Below, one piece after another: positions 1 to 11,463 of a stretch of DNA of 64,000 bases (position 1 is its first letter; every line of letters begins with the position of its first letter). The translations under genes and the position numbers were made by a program. A model generated the notes under the pieces. It searched no databases, had not been told where the DNA came from, and saw nothing but the letters and a program-made list of their open reading frames with translations. Source of the DNA: Trichinella spiralis (taxonomy: Eukaryota); NCBI RefSeq assembly GCF_000181795.1, contig NW_003526943.1, forward strand, positions 10,412,789-10,476,788, read 5' to 3'.

Positions 1-811
1 ATCGCACAGCTGATTTTTTGGCTTTGTTTCTTTACGGTGGCACGCTTATGCTGGTAATTGTTTCTTCTAAAGTTTAATAACTGATTTAAAAGCAGAAAAT
101 AACATATTTAGATAATGGGCTGTTTTGTACATTTGTTATTTTTGGGTCAAGCTTTGACAATAATGCTAGTTTACATTTGGAGTAGACGAAATCCTCATGT
201 ACGATTAAACTTTTTTGGTTTGATTACATTTAACGCTCCATACTTGCCGTGGGTTTTATTTACGTTCTCCGTCATATTGGGTAGCTCTTTTATGGTCGAT
301 TTTGTTGGTGAGTAGTTTTCAGCAGTATATTTCATTTTTTGTTTTAAAATTTGTCGTTTTAGGTATCGCTTGCGGTCATTTTTATTATTTTATGGAAGAT
401 GTGTTTCCATATCAACCTGGAGGTTTCAAAGTGCTCATTACTCCAAGATTTCTGTATGTGCATTTGTAATTCATTATGTTTTAAAAAAATATTATAAACA
501 CTTATAAATTGAAACTCTCCAAATTTCTTTAAATAACTTTATTGAAGTACTGTTGTTATAAGGAAATGCAGGTATTCTCTGTTTTTCTCTGCTGATTTTT
601 TTGTGGTTGTAAAAGTATCAGATTTTGTCGTAAATTTGATTTTTAGAAAAAGAAAAGCCAATATATGAAAATTTTTCTGTTTCGCGTGAAAGCTGGTAAA
701 CTTAATTTTAGGAAACGTTTGTTCGACCGTAGGGAAGATATAGACTATCGTCCGTTGCCCGGCGTTGTGCAACCAGGTGGTTTCGATTGGTTTGAAAATG
801 TTGACGATTGA
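1..811 (+). CDS. DERL2: Derlin-2/3-like ERAD rhomboid pseudoprotease, 3' part (gene starts before the window); exons <1..53, 112..307, 363..453, 712..811
   Basis: Spliced translation [17 protein letters not shown] / [48 protein letters not shown]...DFVG / [20 protein letters not shown]...TPRFL / [32 protein letters not shown] matches derlin-2 motifs ([14 protein letters not shown], GxxxGH, EDVFP). GT-AG junctions keep frame. Confidence 0.93.
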
Positions 812-1044
812 ATTAGTGGTGACGTTGACTATTTAAATTTAACTTTGTTTTATTGTAAAGTTGCTTCATTTGCTAAATTGGCCAAAATTTTATTTTATTA
901 CAAGCAGAAGTAAAATGTTTATCAATCAACAGTATTTGTTTGTTGATTATTTCTACCGGTGACTGGTGCTTGGTCCAGTTGGATATTTGTTCAATATTTA
1001 CAGTTGAGTTGACTTGATGAATGTGATTTGAAATAGAAATTTAT

Positions 1045-1051
1045 ATTTCAG
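1045..1051 (+). promoter_or_regulatory. Candidate spliced-leader trans-splice acceptor (ATTTCAG) upstream of PRMT9
   Basis: The AG ends at 1051, 26 nt before the ATG at 1078 and 240 nt after the derlin stop. No upstream coding exon is evident. Confidence 0.5.
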
Positions 1052-1077
1052 GCTTTAATTTGAAAAATTTCGACAGA

Positions 1078-3336
1078 ATGGAGACGTTTTCATTGGCCAA
1101 AGCTAGAAAATATCAGGAAGCTGGCAATTATGGCGCCTCGATTGCGAATTACTTTTACATTTTGAAGAAAGAACCACATTTGGACAATGCTATCCAGCGA
1201 GAGTTTTTCACATGTTTTACCAGCTTTGTCCAACAGCTCGAAAGTCGAGGCATGTACCGGGATATAATGGAATATTTTGAAATGGCCGAACAGTGCTTTC
1301 CCAGGTCTAGTAAACTTTGCAAGCAGTTGGGTGAATTTTTGCTTCGTCATGAATTCTACGTTGAATCAGCTGGCTGGCTTTTGAGAGCATTGAGAATGGA
1401 ACCGAATTCTGCCGAAATACGCCATTTGTTGGGAAGCACAGGCGGCCATTTGTTCGAACGATGGCATTTTCGTATGCTGAACGATTTTCAACGTAACCAA
1501 GCTTATTGTAAAGCTATTCAATCTGTGGTTTGTAGTGACCATGGTCCAGTGAATTCGATGCTCGATCTCGGTTGTGGTACGGCAATTTGGAGCATGGTAG
1601 CTGCCCAGGCTGGTGTAGAACGGATCCACGCATGCGACAGCAATGTGGTGATGTACCACATTGCCAAGGAGACTTTGAAACGCAACGGTTTCCAGGACCG
1701 GGTTCAGGTAACGCACGCTCATTCGAGTGAATTAGATCTGCCTGAACCGGTAGACTTGGTTGTCTGCGAATTGATGGACGCCGGCTTTTACGGCGAAGGT
1801 ATTGTCGAAACATTGTACAACTGCTTTGACAAGTCGTTGGTCAACAATAGCGTGGATCGTCAATGTTTGATTCCAAAAGGAGCGGTCATATACGGGGCTT
1901 TGGTCGAATGCGAAGAAATCCGTCGCAGTCATGTTATCGAAGGGAAAGAAAAATTCGGCTTGGTGGCTAATTTGAATTTTGAAGTGAGGTCGAATTGTGC
2001 ATCGTTCATGCCCCCTGCATCAGAAGAAATATTCCAAGCCGTCGAGCCGTACGATTCTGTCATGATGCGCAAAGTGAAGGGCGGCTATCGGATGTTGTCG
2101 GAAACGTTTGTGGTCGACCAAATTGACTTGACCGACGTTGGTCAGTTGAAAGCTCGTTTGGATGGACAGGAACAGTTGATCGAGGTACGTTGCATTCAGT
2201 CTGGAAAGTTGGACGCCATAGTTTGCTGGTTTCGGGCCGAACTGACCGATGGAATCTACATCGACACTGGACCGGAAAACTGTACATCTTGGGAGCAAGC
2301 AATTTTTCCAGTCTCACTTGATTTACAGTGTAATAATAATTGGTGTGAGCTTGATCAGAAAGTTCTCATAAGCTGTCAGGTGAAAGGCAACGAACTTCGT
2401 TGCCGTGTTCTTCAAGCTGCCGAAGAATACCGCTACCAGATAGAGATCATACCAACGTCGAAATTGTCGATGCTCAACGATCTAGCATTGCTTCGAAGTT
2501 ATTGCAATTCGTTCAGCAAGTTGACAAACGACACCAACTTGGCATTGTTCGACATGAGCCACAATCCTTTGATCACCACTGCCGCTTGCAAACTGACGAA
2601 CATGGACGTCTGGTGCCGTGCCGACGCCCCACCCGACTGGGATACTTTCTTCGCCAAAGTGGTCGCCTGCAACGCTGAACAGCAATGTCGGATTCACTTC
2701 CTTGGTCGTGATTCAGCAACAAATGGTGGAATGGTAAAATTTGAACGTTTGATCTGCATGCCGGTTGAAACATCCGGTGTACTTGCGCCGGACGTGCTCG
2801 AAACTATCCTTTACAACCGCCTCACTCTGGAAATCGACCACGTCTTGCCAGAACAACTGCGCGTATTGGCGATGCTAGTATCCAGTGAAGAATTGTCCGA
2901 ATATTGTCGTGTGCTCGACGACACTCGTACGCTGGGCTTTTTCATAGCCGACCAAGTGAACGCGTTCCAATCCGACCATTTCGAAGATGTGGAACCAAGC
3001 ACGCTGTTCAAAACGGAACTGACCGAACGTTTCGAATTGTTCGGGCTGGATTTGCAGCAGTCGTTGGATCCGGAAAATTACAACTTGCCAGCCATGTGCG
3101 AGCAAACGGTGACAAAACAAGTGCGAATAAAGCGAGACGGTAAGCTGAATGCCGTGTTCTACTGGTTCCGAGGCGACTGTCCGAGTATCGATTGCTTGCT
3201 GTTCGACACGTCCGACGAAAATGGCCATTTTCGACTTGCCGGCTGCCTAGTGGAACCAAGACCAGTGTCCCGTGGAGAGATGTTGACCATCCGAGGGACT
3301 TTGGAAAGAAGTTCAATTTTCATAACGGTGGAATGA
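1078..3336 (+). CDS. PRMT9: Protein arginine methyltransferase 9-like (N-terminal TPRs plus duplicated methyltransferase modules), single exon, 752 aa from the first ATG
   Basis: TPR-like helical N-terminus, ERWHFRMLND, motif I LDLGCGTAIWS, double-E loop CELMDAGFYGEG, SWEQAIFP in place of THW, and a degenerate second module. This is the PRMT9 architecture. Confidence 0.88.
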   Translation: METFSLAKARKYQEAGNYGASIANYFYILKKEPHLDNAIQREFFTCFTSFVQQLESRGMYRDIMEYFEMAEQCFPRSSKLCKQLGEFLLRHEFYVESAGWLLRALRMEPNSAEIRHLLGSTGGHLFERWHFRMLNDFQRNQAYCKAIQSVVCSDHGPVNSMLDLGCGTAIWSMVAAQAGVERIHACDSNVVMYHIAKETLKRNGFQDRVQVTHAHSSELDLPEPVDLVVCELMDAGFYGEGIVETLYNCFDKSLVNNSVDRQCLIPKGAVIYGALVECEEIRRSHVIEGKEKFGLVANLNFEVRSNCASFMPPASEEIFQAVEPYDSVMMRKVKGGYRMLSETFVVDQIDLTDVGQLKARLDGQEQLIEVRCIQSGKLDAIVCWFRAELTDGIYIDTGPENCTSWEQAIFPVSLDLQCNNNWCELDQKVLISCQVKGNELRCRVLQAAEEYRYQIEIIPTSKLSMLNDLALLRSYCNSFSKLTNDTNLALFDMSHNPLITTAACKLTNMDVWCRADAPPDWDTFFAKVVACNAEQQCRIHFLGRDSATNGGMVKFERLICMPVETSGVLAPDVLETILYNRLTLEIDHVLPEQLRVLAMLVSSEELSEYCRVLDDTRTLGFFIADQVNAFQSDHFEDVEPSTLFKTELTERFELFGLDLQQSLDPENYNLPAMCEQTVTKQVRIKRDGKLNAVFYWFRGDCPSIDCLLFDTSDENGHFRLAGCLVEPRPVSRGEMLTIRGTLERSSIFITVE

Positions 3337-3399
3337 AGAGAAGAAGAAGAAGAATGGTCGTGGCGGGAATACTTTTTTTTCTGTCGTGTATTGTGAAAG

Positions 3400-3555
3400 A
3401 ATAAAATATGTAAATTTCCGTTTTTTGTACTGTTGTTTTTTTTCGACTTGTTTTGCGAACTTTTTGCTTATTTTTTTTCTTTGATTGTTGTGCTTATTGT
3501 TCGATTCGAAAAACTTACTTTAGCAGTGTTGGTTTTGTCGTATTTGAATTTTCAG
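3400..3555 (+). promoter_or_regulatory. Operon-type intercistronic region: AATAAA (3400-3405), U-rich tract, Ur-like element, TTTTCAG acceptor (3549-3555)
   Basis: A poly(A) signal 63 nt after the PRMT9 stop is followed by a U/GU-rich tract, a mini-hairpin TTCG-ATT-CGAA (3500-3510), TACTTT (3516-3521), and TTTTCAG 2 nt before the ATG at 3558. Confidence 0.6.
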
Positions 3556-3557
3556 AA

Positions 3558-5058
3558 ATGAATGAATTGAAGAATCAAGCGTCGCAGCAGTGCAAAGAAC
3601 GGGCAGCATCTATTTTGGATAAGTGAGTTGTTGTTTTTCGAAGAATATTGTCAACGGATGTATTTTTTTATTTTCTGATAAGCATATATATATATATATA
3701 TATGTCTTTTTGACAGAGGTGACCAAAGTGGTGGAACAGTGAATGGTAAAAAAGACGGCGACTCTGCGCCGTCGTGTATGTTGGATGTTGTTGAAGAAAA
3801 TTTGTCCGAAGACAGTTTCGAATGGAATTTTATCTCAGAACGGTATGCAGGTTTGGTTCGGGAGAAATTCGATTCGGTTTTGGATATCGTGCAGCGCTAT
3901 TGTCAGATATCGAATTTTCAAGAACAACAGCAGACGGTGGATTTTGCCTGGCTCGAAGCGTTGTCGGTTCGAGATTTGCGCATGTTGGTCGAAAGTGAAA
4001 CGACCAAACGAATCGCTTCTGAGCGTACTGTGGAACAGCTGCAGCAACGATTGAGAATTATGCAAGACAAGTTGATTTCGATGGAAACATTTATCAGTGT
4101 CGATTTGAAAAGTCTCATTGAACAGATTGTCAAGTTGGTCGATTCGATGTGCCGCGAATTGACGACCAACGAAAGTAAACGTTCGACTTGGGCCCGTGGG
4201 ATGCAGGAACGTCTGGTCGAAGCTGTGGAATATTCGAAACTTTGCGAGCAGAGTATCGAAGTGAACGGCGAGCAAATTGCAGGTTTGCAAATATTGCGAG
4301 AACGATTACAGCAAAGTGAGCAACAACTGAAAGTGGATCTGGAAAATCAGGAGAGAACCGTTGCGCAGTTGAATCGCCAAAAAAGCGAATTTTGTTCCCA
4401 AATTGAAGCTCTGAAGTTGGAAAATGAACAATTGAAACACTGGCGCCAAAAGGGTGAAAAATTTCGACTTCAGTTGCGTGACAAAAAATTAGAAGTAGAA
4501 TCGTTGAATGAATGTTTGAAAAAATTGAAAGTGCAATTGATCGAAGCGAAAAAAGAGGAAAAAAATCTGGCGATGCAGTTGAGCCGTGCGGCTCAGATCC
4601 AGATGAATCAAAAATACGACGAATTTCAACGTCGCAAAGCGGAAGAAATTCACAATCTACAGTTGAAGTGGAAAAGTGAAATGGAAGAATTGGAAAAAAC
4701 CAACCGACGTTTGACGGAAGAACGTGACCAGGCGATCGAACGGATGGTCGAGTTGGACAATTTGTTCAAGGCGAAACGATCTGGAATTAGTGCCGAATTG
4801 CAGAAACGATTAATGGAAAAATTTCAACAAATTTTAAACGATGTCACAAGCATCACCGATGCGGATAATTTCCATTGTCCAGAAAAAATGTCCAGTCGAT
4901 TTCAGCCTTTGATCACCAGCTCACCGGTCAAAGGTACCAATTCGTTGACGGAAGAATTTTTCGAAAAAATGATCCATTTGCAATTGATCAAAACCCCACG
5001 ATATACAGCAGCAGCAGCAGGCAACAACGATACGAAGTCGTATGGAAATGTAACTTAA
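3558..5058 (+). CDS. Uncharacterised long coiled-coil protein, 468 aa; exons 3558..3622, 3717..5058
   Basis: The ATG at 3558 follows TTTTCAG. Intron GTGAGT...TTTGACAG (3623-3716) joins in frame to the 439-aa ORF. E/Q/K/L-rich heptads cover most of the length, with an S/T/P-rich tail. Family not recognised. Confidence 0.85.
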
Positions 5059-6267
5059 TTCAATCTATTCTTTATTCTGTATTCTTCTTTGTGAACGTTG
5101 ATTTTTTTTAGGATTTTGTTGTTGCGTTGAATTCGAATGATAATTCTCCCTCTCGAGCTGCTGGTGAAGAATAAATTTTTTTTTGATTTTGCTTCTTATG
5201 AATTTTCTTTTTGCACGTGTAATTTCAATTGATGACAATTGTTGTGGAATAAATCGAAACAACAATTCAATTCACATACTGTTTGTTGTTTACTTTTTCA
5301 TCTATTTTATTCTTCTTTGACAATTTCATTTGAATAATCAATCTTATCTTATCTTATCTTATGAAGATGATACTTTTAGAACAAATATTTAAATGAAAAC
5401 TGTTGACGTTTATCACATTGGAAGAGGAAAATTTGATAAATGAATAATGTGCTATATAGGTAAGCAAAATTTGGGAGGGAAAAGCAATTGGAAGCAGTTG
5501 GAGTTTTGGGAAAACAAAACATGCAATTTATTATGTACCATATTTAAATGCGTAAAATGATTTCATGATATGATATGATACACGTTAATCTTTGAAAACA
5601 TATTAGCATAACATATGTAAAATTTATATATAACAGCAATGTACTTTTTTTTTGTAATTGTCACTCGCAAGCATCAATAACAATAACAACAGTGAACAAC
5701 TGAAAATTCGTCACGTGAAAAGCAATTAAGCAAATTTAAAAAAGTTCATCAAGCGCAATTTTGTTGCTTGCTTTCAAAGTAGATGAGACGCAATTTTTTA
5801 ATGTCATTTTTATCTTCTGTGTGATAATTTAAATTTAATTGTAATTTCCACTTTTCACAAAAATAAAAAATTATCTGCCAGTGCAAGTTTTCACTGCACC
5901 CGAATTGCAGTAGTCAAGTTCTTGGTTTGTTTTGGAGAAAGGCAATTTTCAAAAATTGTCTTTTCTTCTTTGTTCAACTTTGGAGGTAGAATAAATTTAT
6001 TTAAAATGAGTAACATGAATTTTGCCAATAAATTTCTGTCATTTCAAGCATATAAAATTGCAAATAAATCATTATTGGCTGATAAAAATTAATTTTCAGA
6101 TAAATATCCATTCCACCAACATACATTCTATACATAATAGGAGAATATTTTTAAAATTCTATTGATAAAAAAAACATTTTTTGCAATTTACAATAATTTG
6201 GGCGATGCAAAAATTAAAATATGCCTTAAATTATTTACTGATTAAGGTAAATTGTGAAAGCGAGAAG

Positions 6268-9200
6268 CTAATCTTGCCGTGTACGTTTTCCAATCTGTGC
6301 TTCGTCTCCAGGCGGATAGCTGCGTTTATTGCAACCACAACCCTTTTCCCCTGTTTTATCATCGATCACATCATCTTGAAAAGCAACCGTTTTCCCGCTT
6401 CGACGACAATTCTGATCAACGGCTTGTAAAATTAATTAAATTTAAACAATAAATAAATTTAAAATCTTACATTCAACTTTGCTTCAGCTTCCATATCTGA
6501 CAACAGGCTATCAGTTGAACGTGATCGATTCATAAACTGGCCTTTAACATAATTAGCAGGTTTCGGAGGAGGCGATGGTGCACGACGACGTTGAGGAGGA
6601 GCATAGGCTGATGATGGTGGCCTGAAATTTCAATCCAATTTAAGAAAAAAGAAAATATATATACTGTTTTTTTAATAAAGTGGGGAAAAAATAGACCTTG
6701 CTGATTTCATTGCACTTCTGAATACACCTGCAGATCTCCAGGGAACTGTTCTCTGACCAGACGATACTGGCGTATTCATGTCAAAAACTTGTCTAACAGC
6801 CCGCAACTTTTCATCCTTCATACGCATCTGCGCGACCATTTCTTGTTCACGCTTTTTGGATGCTTCTCCCTAAAATGAAAACGTTTTCCCCAAAGTTTTT
6901 GCAACGGGCATCATTTTTACCTGGCCTTGGAGCATTTTAGCGTCTCGTTCAAAACGGTTCAGAGACATTTCCGCTTCAGCTAACCGACGCTTCACTGTGT
7001 TCAATTCGGTTTTCAATTGACAATTTTCTCGGTCTGATATATGCAATGCTTTGTTTGCCTCGTCTGAATCTTTTTTCAAATTCTCATAAGATAGCAAAAA
7101 CTTTTTCAACATGTCACCAAAAGTTGCGTCTAAAGAATATAATAAAAATAGCAAAACAAAACGAAATGCTATGCAAATGGAACCACACCCCGCTTTGCTT
7201 GCTCGGCCTGTGCTCGTGAGAATAACATTTCAAAGTGGCCTTTGAGTAGAATAAATTTTTGCCTGGCCGTTTCTGCACAATCGACGCTCAAATCAGTCAA
7301 CGGGAAAGGATCGAACGTAATGCCAGTGGCGCAATTCTGCTTTGCCCCACCATTTTCACTGATCTGCTTCAATATTGCAGCCGCACGACGACGCCCAGGA
7401 GTTAGACCTTCACCTTCGATTTGCACTGCCAAACTGCGAGGCACTTCAACTTCTTGTGTCATTTCAGCAAATTGCATCACTTGCTTCAAAATAATAAAAT
7501 AATACGATAAATAATATACAAATTGTAACAGATTTTCTCAAAAACATGCTTATTAGATTATCACATACCAAATTTTCATCATAATCAGCTGCAGCAGGAT
7601 TGACGCAAACTATCATGCGAACTTTTCCTTCACCATCAAAATAATTCTTGAACATATGCGTAAGACGTGAGTCACGATATGGTACCAACTAAATAACATC
7701 AAGATCAAACAGATATTCTTTCTCCAGTCACATTTATAGAAGAAAATAATACCGCATCACAGCCATTTTTTTGATTTTCTCGCAACTGTTGAATGCACTG
7801 ACGAAGTACCATCAATGAATTGTTAATACATCCTGTGCATTGATTGACTGATTAATAAAACAATGAAAAAAATCACAACATTATTATTATTATACCAGCT
7901 TCTCGAATCCTCTGTCCTATGTGGCCAGTTCGATTGCTGCGTTCACTGCCGGCCAAATCTACCAAAGATAACTGCGAAACCCAGATCTGATTTTTATCCT
8001 ATATTGAATATGCAAATGTTAAATTCGAATATTGAAAAAAAATCAAATAGTAATTTAAAGAAACTTTTACCTGTATAACGTCAGTTCCTGTAGAGTCTAG
8101 AGGAGCCTGGACAATGCGGATATTGAAAACACTGTGTGACCGACTGCTTTCAGTATTCAGAAGTGTGTGTGCAACACGACGTAACCTCTGGCCTAATTTT
8201 ATATAAATTAATAAATATCAAAATGATATATCAAACAAACAGATACAATCATACTCAAAAAATATGAATTATTAAAATTAAAAAATAATTTTACCACGAA
8301 CAAAAACGTCAAATGCTTCATCAGTGCTTTTAACCTCAACTTCGACCACACCATTAACGTACATATTTCTGTTCACATCTTCTCGAAGAATTTTGCTAAT
8401 TGGAGGTCTGCAAAACAAACAATTCATTTATAAAAAGCAAATTAAAAATTTTTTAAATATTTACTTGTTTTTATCAGTTTGCGTTTCGAGCAAATCGTAA
8501 ACATAATTGTTGTAAATTTCAATATATGATACAAAGACCGCATAGGCGTTGTCTTCATCAATTCCACGTACTTTGGAACGTTCCATGACTCTTGGACGAA
8601 GTTCCCAATCGGCCGTTCTGAACAATTTCGTGTATAGTAAAATTTATAAAAAAAAAATACTCTTCCAACATACTTTGGAGTTTGCAAAGGAGCCTTCAAA
8701 CCTGGTGTGGCCAACAGTTGAGGATCGCTTTCCAAAGCGGCCGCAGCTTCAGTTTGTACCATAAAACCATTCGTTTTATCAGGAATAAAAACCTAATTTT
8801 CACAAACCAAAAAAGTCACAAAATATTGAAAAATGTATTTTTTTCCTATTAATAAAACCGCTTACATGCTTTTTCGATTGATATTGACCAATGCTGTTGA
8901 ATATTACATCTAAACATCTAGGTAAAATGCCAATATCCATCGGATTGCCGGTCATTGTGTACGTCTTGCCAGAACCAGTTATGCCATACGTGAAAAGCAA
9001 GCCTTAAACAAAATTTTACTTAAAACACACAAAAATTTCGCTTTTTAAACTAACCATTTTTTCCTTGTAGCAGATCTTCCACTAACTCAAAAGCGACACG
9101 ATCAAAAACCATTTGTTGTGTAACGAATTCATCGAACACATAAGAAAAAGCGCACACTGTCTATATTGCATTAAAAAGAACAGATTTCAGAGTTGAATGA

Positions 9201-10246
9201 AACAACCAATTTTCATTTTTGAATTAACATCTTGCTTGAAATTTTGATAAATTCCTGATAAAGCGGAGAATGAAATCATTAACAAATAAGGAAAAACAAA
9301 AAAATGCTACCTTAAAACATTTTAATTTTATTATAATAATAATTTTATTTTTTTTCAATTTTAATATTAACTATTACAAAATATATCATGGAATTATTAT
9401 CGCAAACATAAAGTGCCTTTATTCTATCTTTACCTAAATTTAAAAATACAAATAACTCTTTATGATTTAACTTTCAGTTTAGGTATTAAAAATAATTTTT
9501 AGTCAACATCGAAATATTTATATCGCTGTTTCGTATTAGAACGTCAGAAACGAAAATATCTATTCAACATTATTCAGCAATGAAACAATAACGAGGTCAA
9601 TGTCAAACAAACATTGAAAACACAGAGCAAATTCGCTCTAGTTAAACTTTTCTTCGTTTCAGTCAAAAGTTTCAATTTGAATATTAAAGGTTAAAACTAA
9701 TTGCTCTTTTAAAAAAAAGATTTATAACAATTTAAAATGTTTAAATAATTCAGTTTATCGTTCAGTTTTAAAGAACAAATTCTCTTTATTTAAACTCCTA
9801 CATTCCCAATTTTGTTTATTGGTTCTCACTTCTTTAATAGGAGCAGATTCTGCTTGTGATTTCTGTGATAGTTGACTCAGGCGAATAGTATAATCATCAA
9901 TAGCCTGAACGCAGATTTCATTTTTCTCTTGATCAAGGATTGGGCGAATACGACAAAACACCTAAAATATTAAGTATTTTAAAAAATTCAAAAAATGCAA
10001 AACAAAATAACGTCAACCTCAACAGGATCCATTTGCAATTTTGACCGAACGCGTCCATTATAACGCATCACGCCTTTTGGTCGTCTTGGAGTTTGCCTAA
10101 TATAAATCCCATCAAAATGCATCACATTACATCATTCAAATTTCACACTCTCAACCATTTTTAATTCACACAATGTAAATAACATTCCATATAAATACTA
10201 AATTATTATAAAATAAACATAAAAGCAAAAAAACTTACAAATCCAT
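6268..10246 (-). CDS. KIF23: Kinesin-6 ZEN-4/MKLP1/Pavarotti (centralspindlin motor), multi-exon
   Basis: Exon 1 10246-10239 (MDL) and exon 2 10096-10018 (QTPRRP...DPVE) lead to VFCRIRP, P-loop YGITGSGKT (~8970-8995), [56 protein letters not shown], a coiled coil and RSRS. The last exon, 6411-6268, ends GKRTRQD*. Not all internal exon borders were verified. Confidence 0.93.
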
Positions 10247-11010
10247 TTCGATTTACGACCGTTTAATCTTAGCGCAATTCTCGTTTTGGCGGACAATACA
10301 GTAATCTTGTTATATGATACGCAAGATTTACAAACAATTCAAATTTAAAAAAAATATGTCATGTCTACGGCAAGTAATAAATGATAAACAGACATTTAAA
10401 ATAATTTATACATAAATGTAAACAAGTTAAAATATTAATTATTTAAATTATTTGTATATTTCAATTTATTAAATGCCAGTTTATTCATTCTTAACCTAGA
10501 AATTACTCAAGTTGATTTCAAGTGAAAATTAGGTTAGCATCCAATAAATGTTTATTTGCTTTATGAAGTTGTTTATAATGTGAAAATAAATTAAATAAAT
10601 AAAATTTTATGTAATTCTCATAGTGAAACCAAAACATAAAATATCAGTGAATATAAATTATTTAATTTTTTATTGTTTCATCGAATTATTTTTATTTAAA
10701 AACACCTGATAATTTGATTTTTTGCATTGAATTTGTAAATAATGCTACAATATGATAAAATTTTTAATTTAAACTAATTTCGAAACAACTTTTGCTCTCA
10801 AAGTGTGCAACGTATTTTAAAGTATTTAATGTATGCATATGCTGCACCCGCTTTATATTTTTTAATAAAACATGCTTTATAATTTCCAACAAATGAACTA
10901 TTTTATGTAAAAATAGATACAACTTTAAATAAAAACAAGATGCATTTTTTGTCAAGTAAATCTTCTGAAATTCAGTGTTAGCATTTTGTGTACTCATATA
11001 TATATACATA

Positions 11011-11429
11011 TGTTACGCATAATGTTGAAAATTGCCTATTATTGATAATAGGCAAGCGTTTTCTTTTTTCTCGTGTACCCATTTGGGAATATTGTACACT
11101 GCAGTGCCCTCATGAAAGCAGTATACGGTGTTTATTTCTACAATTCATCACTGTTGAATATTAAACATATTGGCAGCAACCGTTACACAATACTATCATG
11201 ATATTAAGCTGCTGATGATATTTTGGGAAACCTAATCTGGTGAAACCGTTTGCCTCACTGAACACACTGATTTCTGCAGTTTTTTTTGCAAACTGTGCAA
11301 TGACCCTTAGTACTTAACTGCAGGAAATGTCCACCAACATACAGCGTGACTTGTAAGCCATTTTTTCAATATTAGGCAAATGCTTATTGCCTACTATCAA
11401 TAATAGGCAATTTTCAACATAAGCGTAAC

Positions 11430-11430
<1 letters not shown>
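11011..11430. mobile_element. MITE / non-autonomous DNA transposon with ~45 bp terminal inverted repeats, inserted in a TA run
   Basis: The left end is TGTTACGCATAATGTTGAAAATTGCCTATTATTGATAATAGGCAA (11011-11055). The reverse complement of the right end (11387-11430) is TGTTACGCTTATGTTGAAAATTGCCTATTATTGATAGTAGGCAA. TA lies on both flanks and there is no internal ORF. Confidence 0.85.

Positions 11431-11463
<33 letters not shown>

Noticed and set aside
1090..4290. Many overlapping antisense and alternate-frame ORFs over PRMT9 and the coiled-coil gene
   Set aside because: Shadow ORFs of GC-richer coding sequence with no recognisable motifs.
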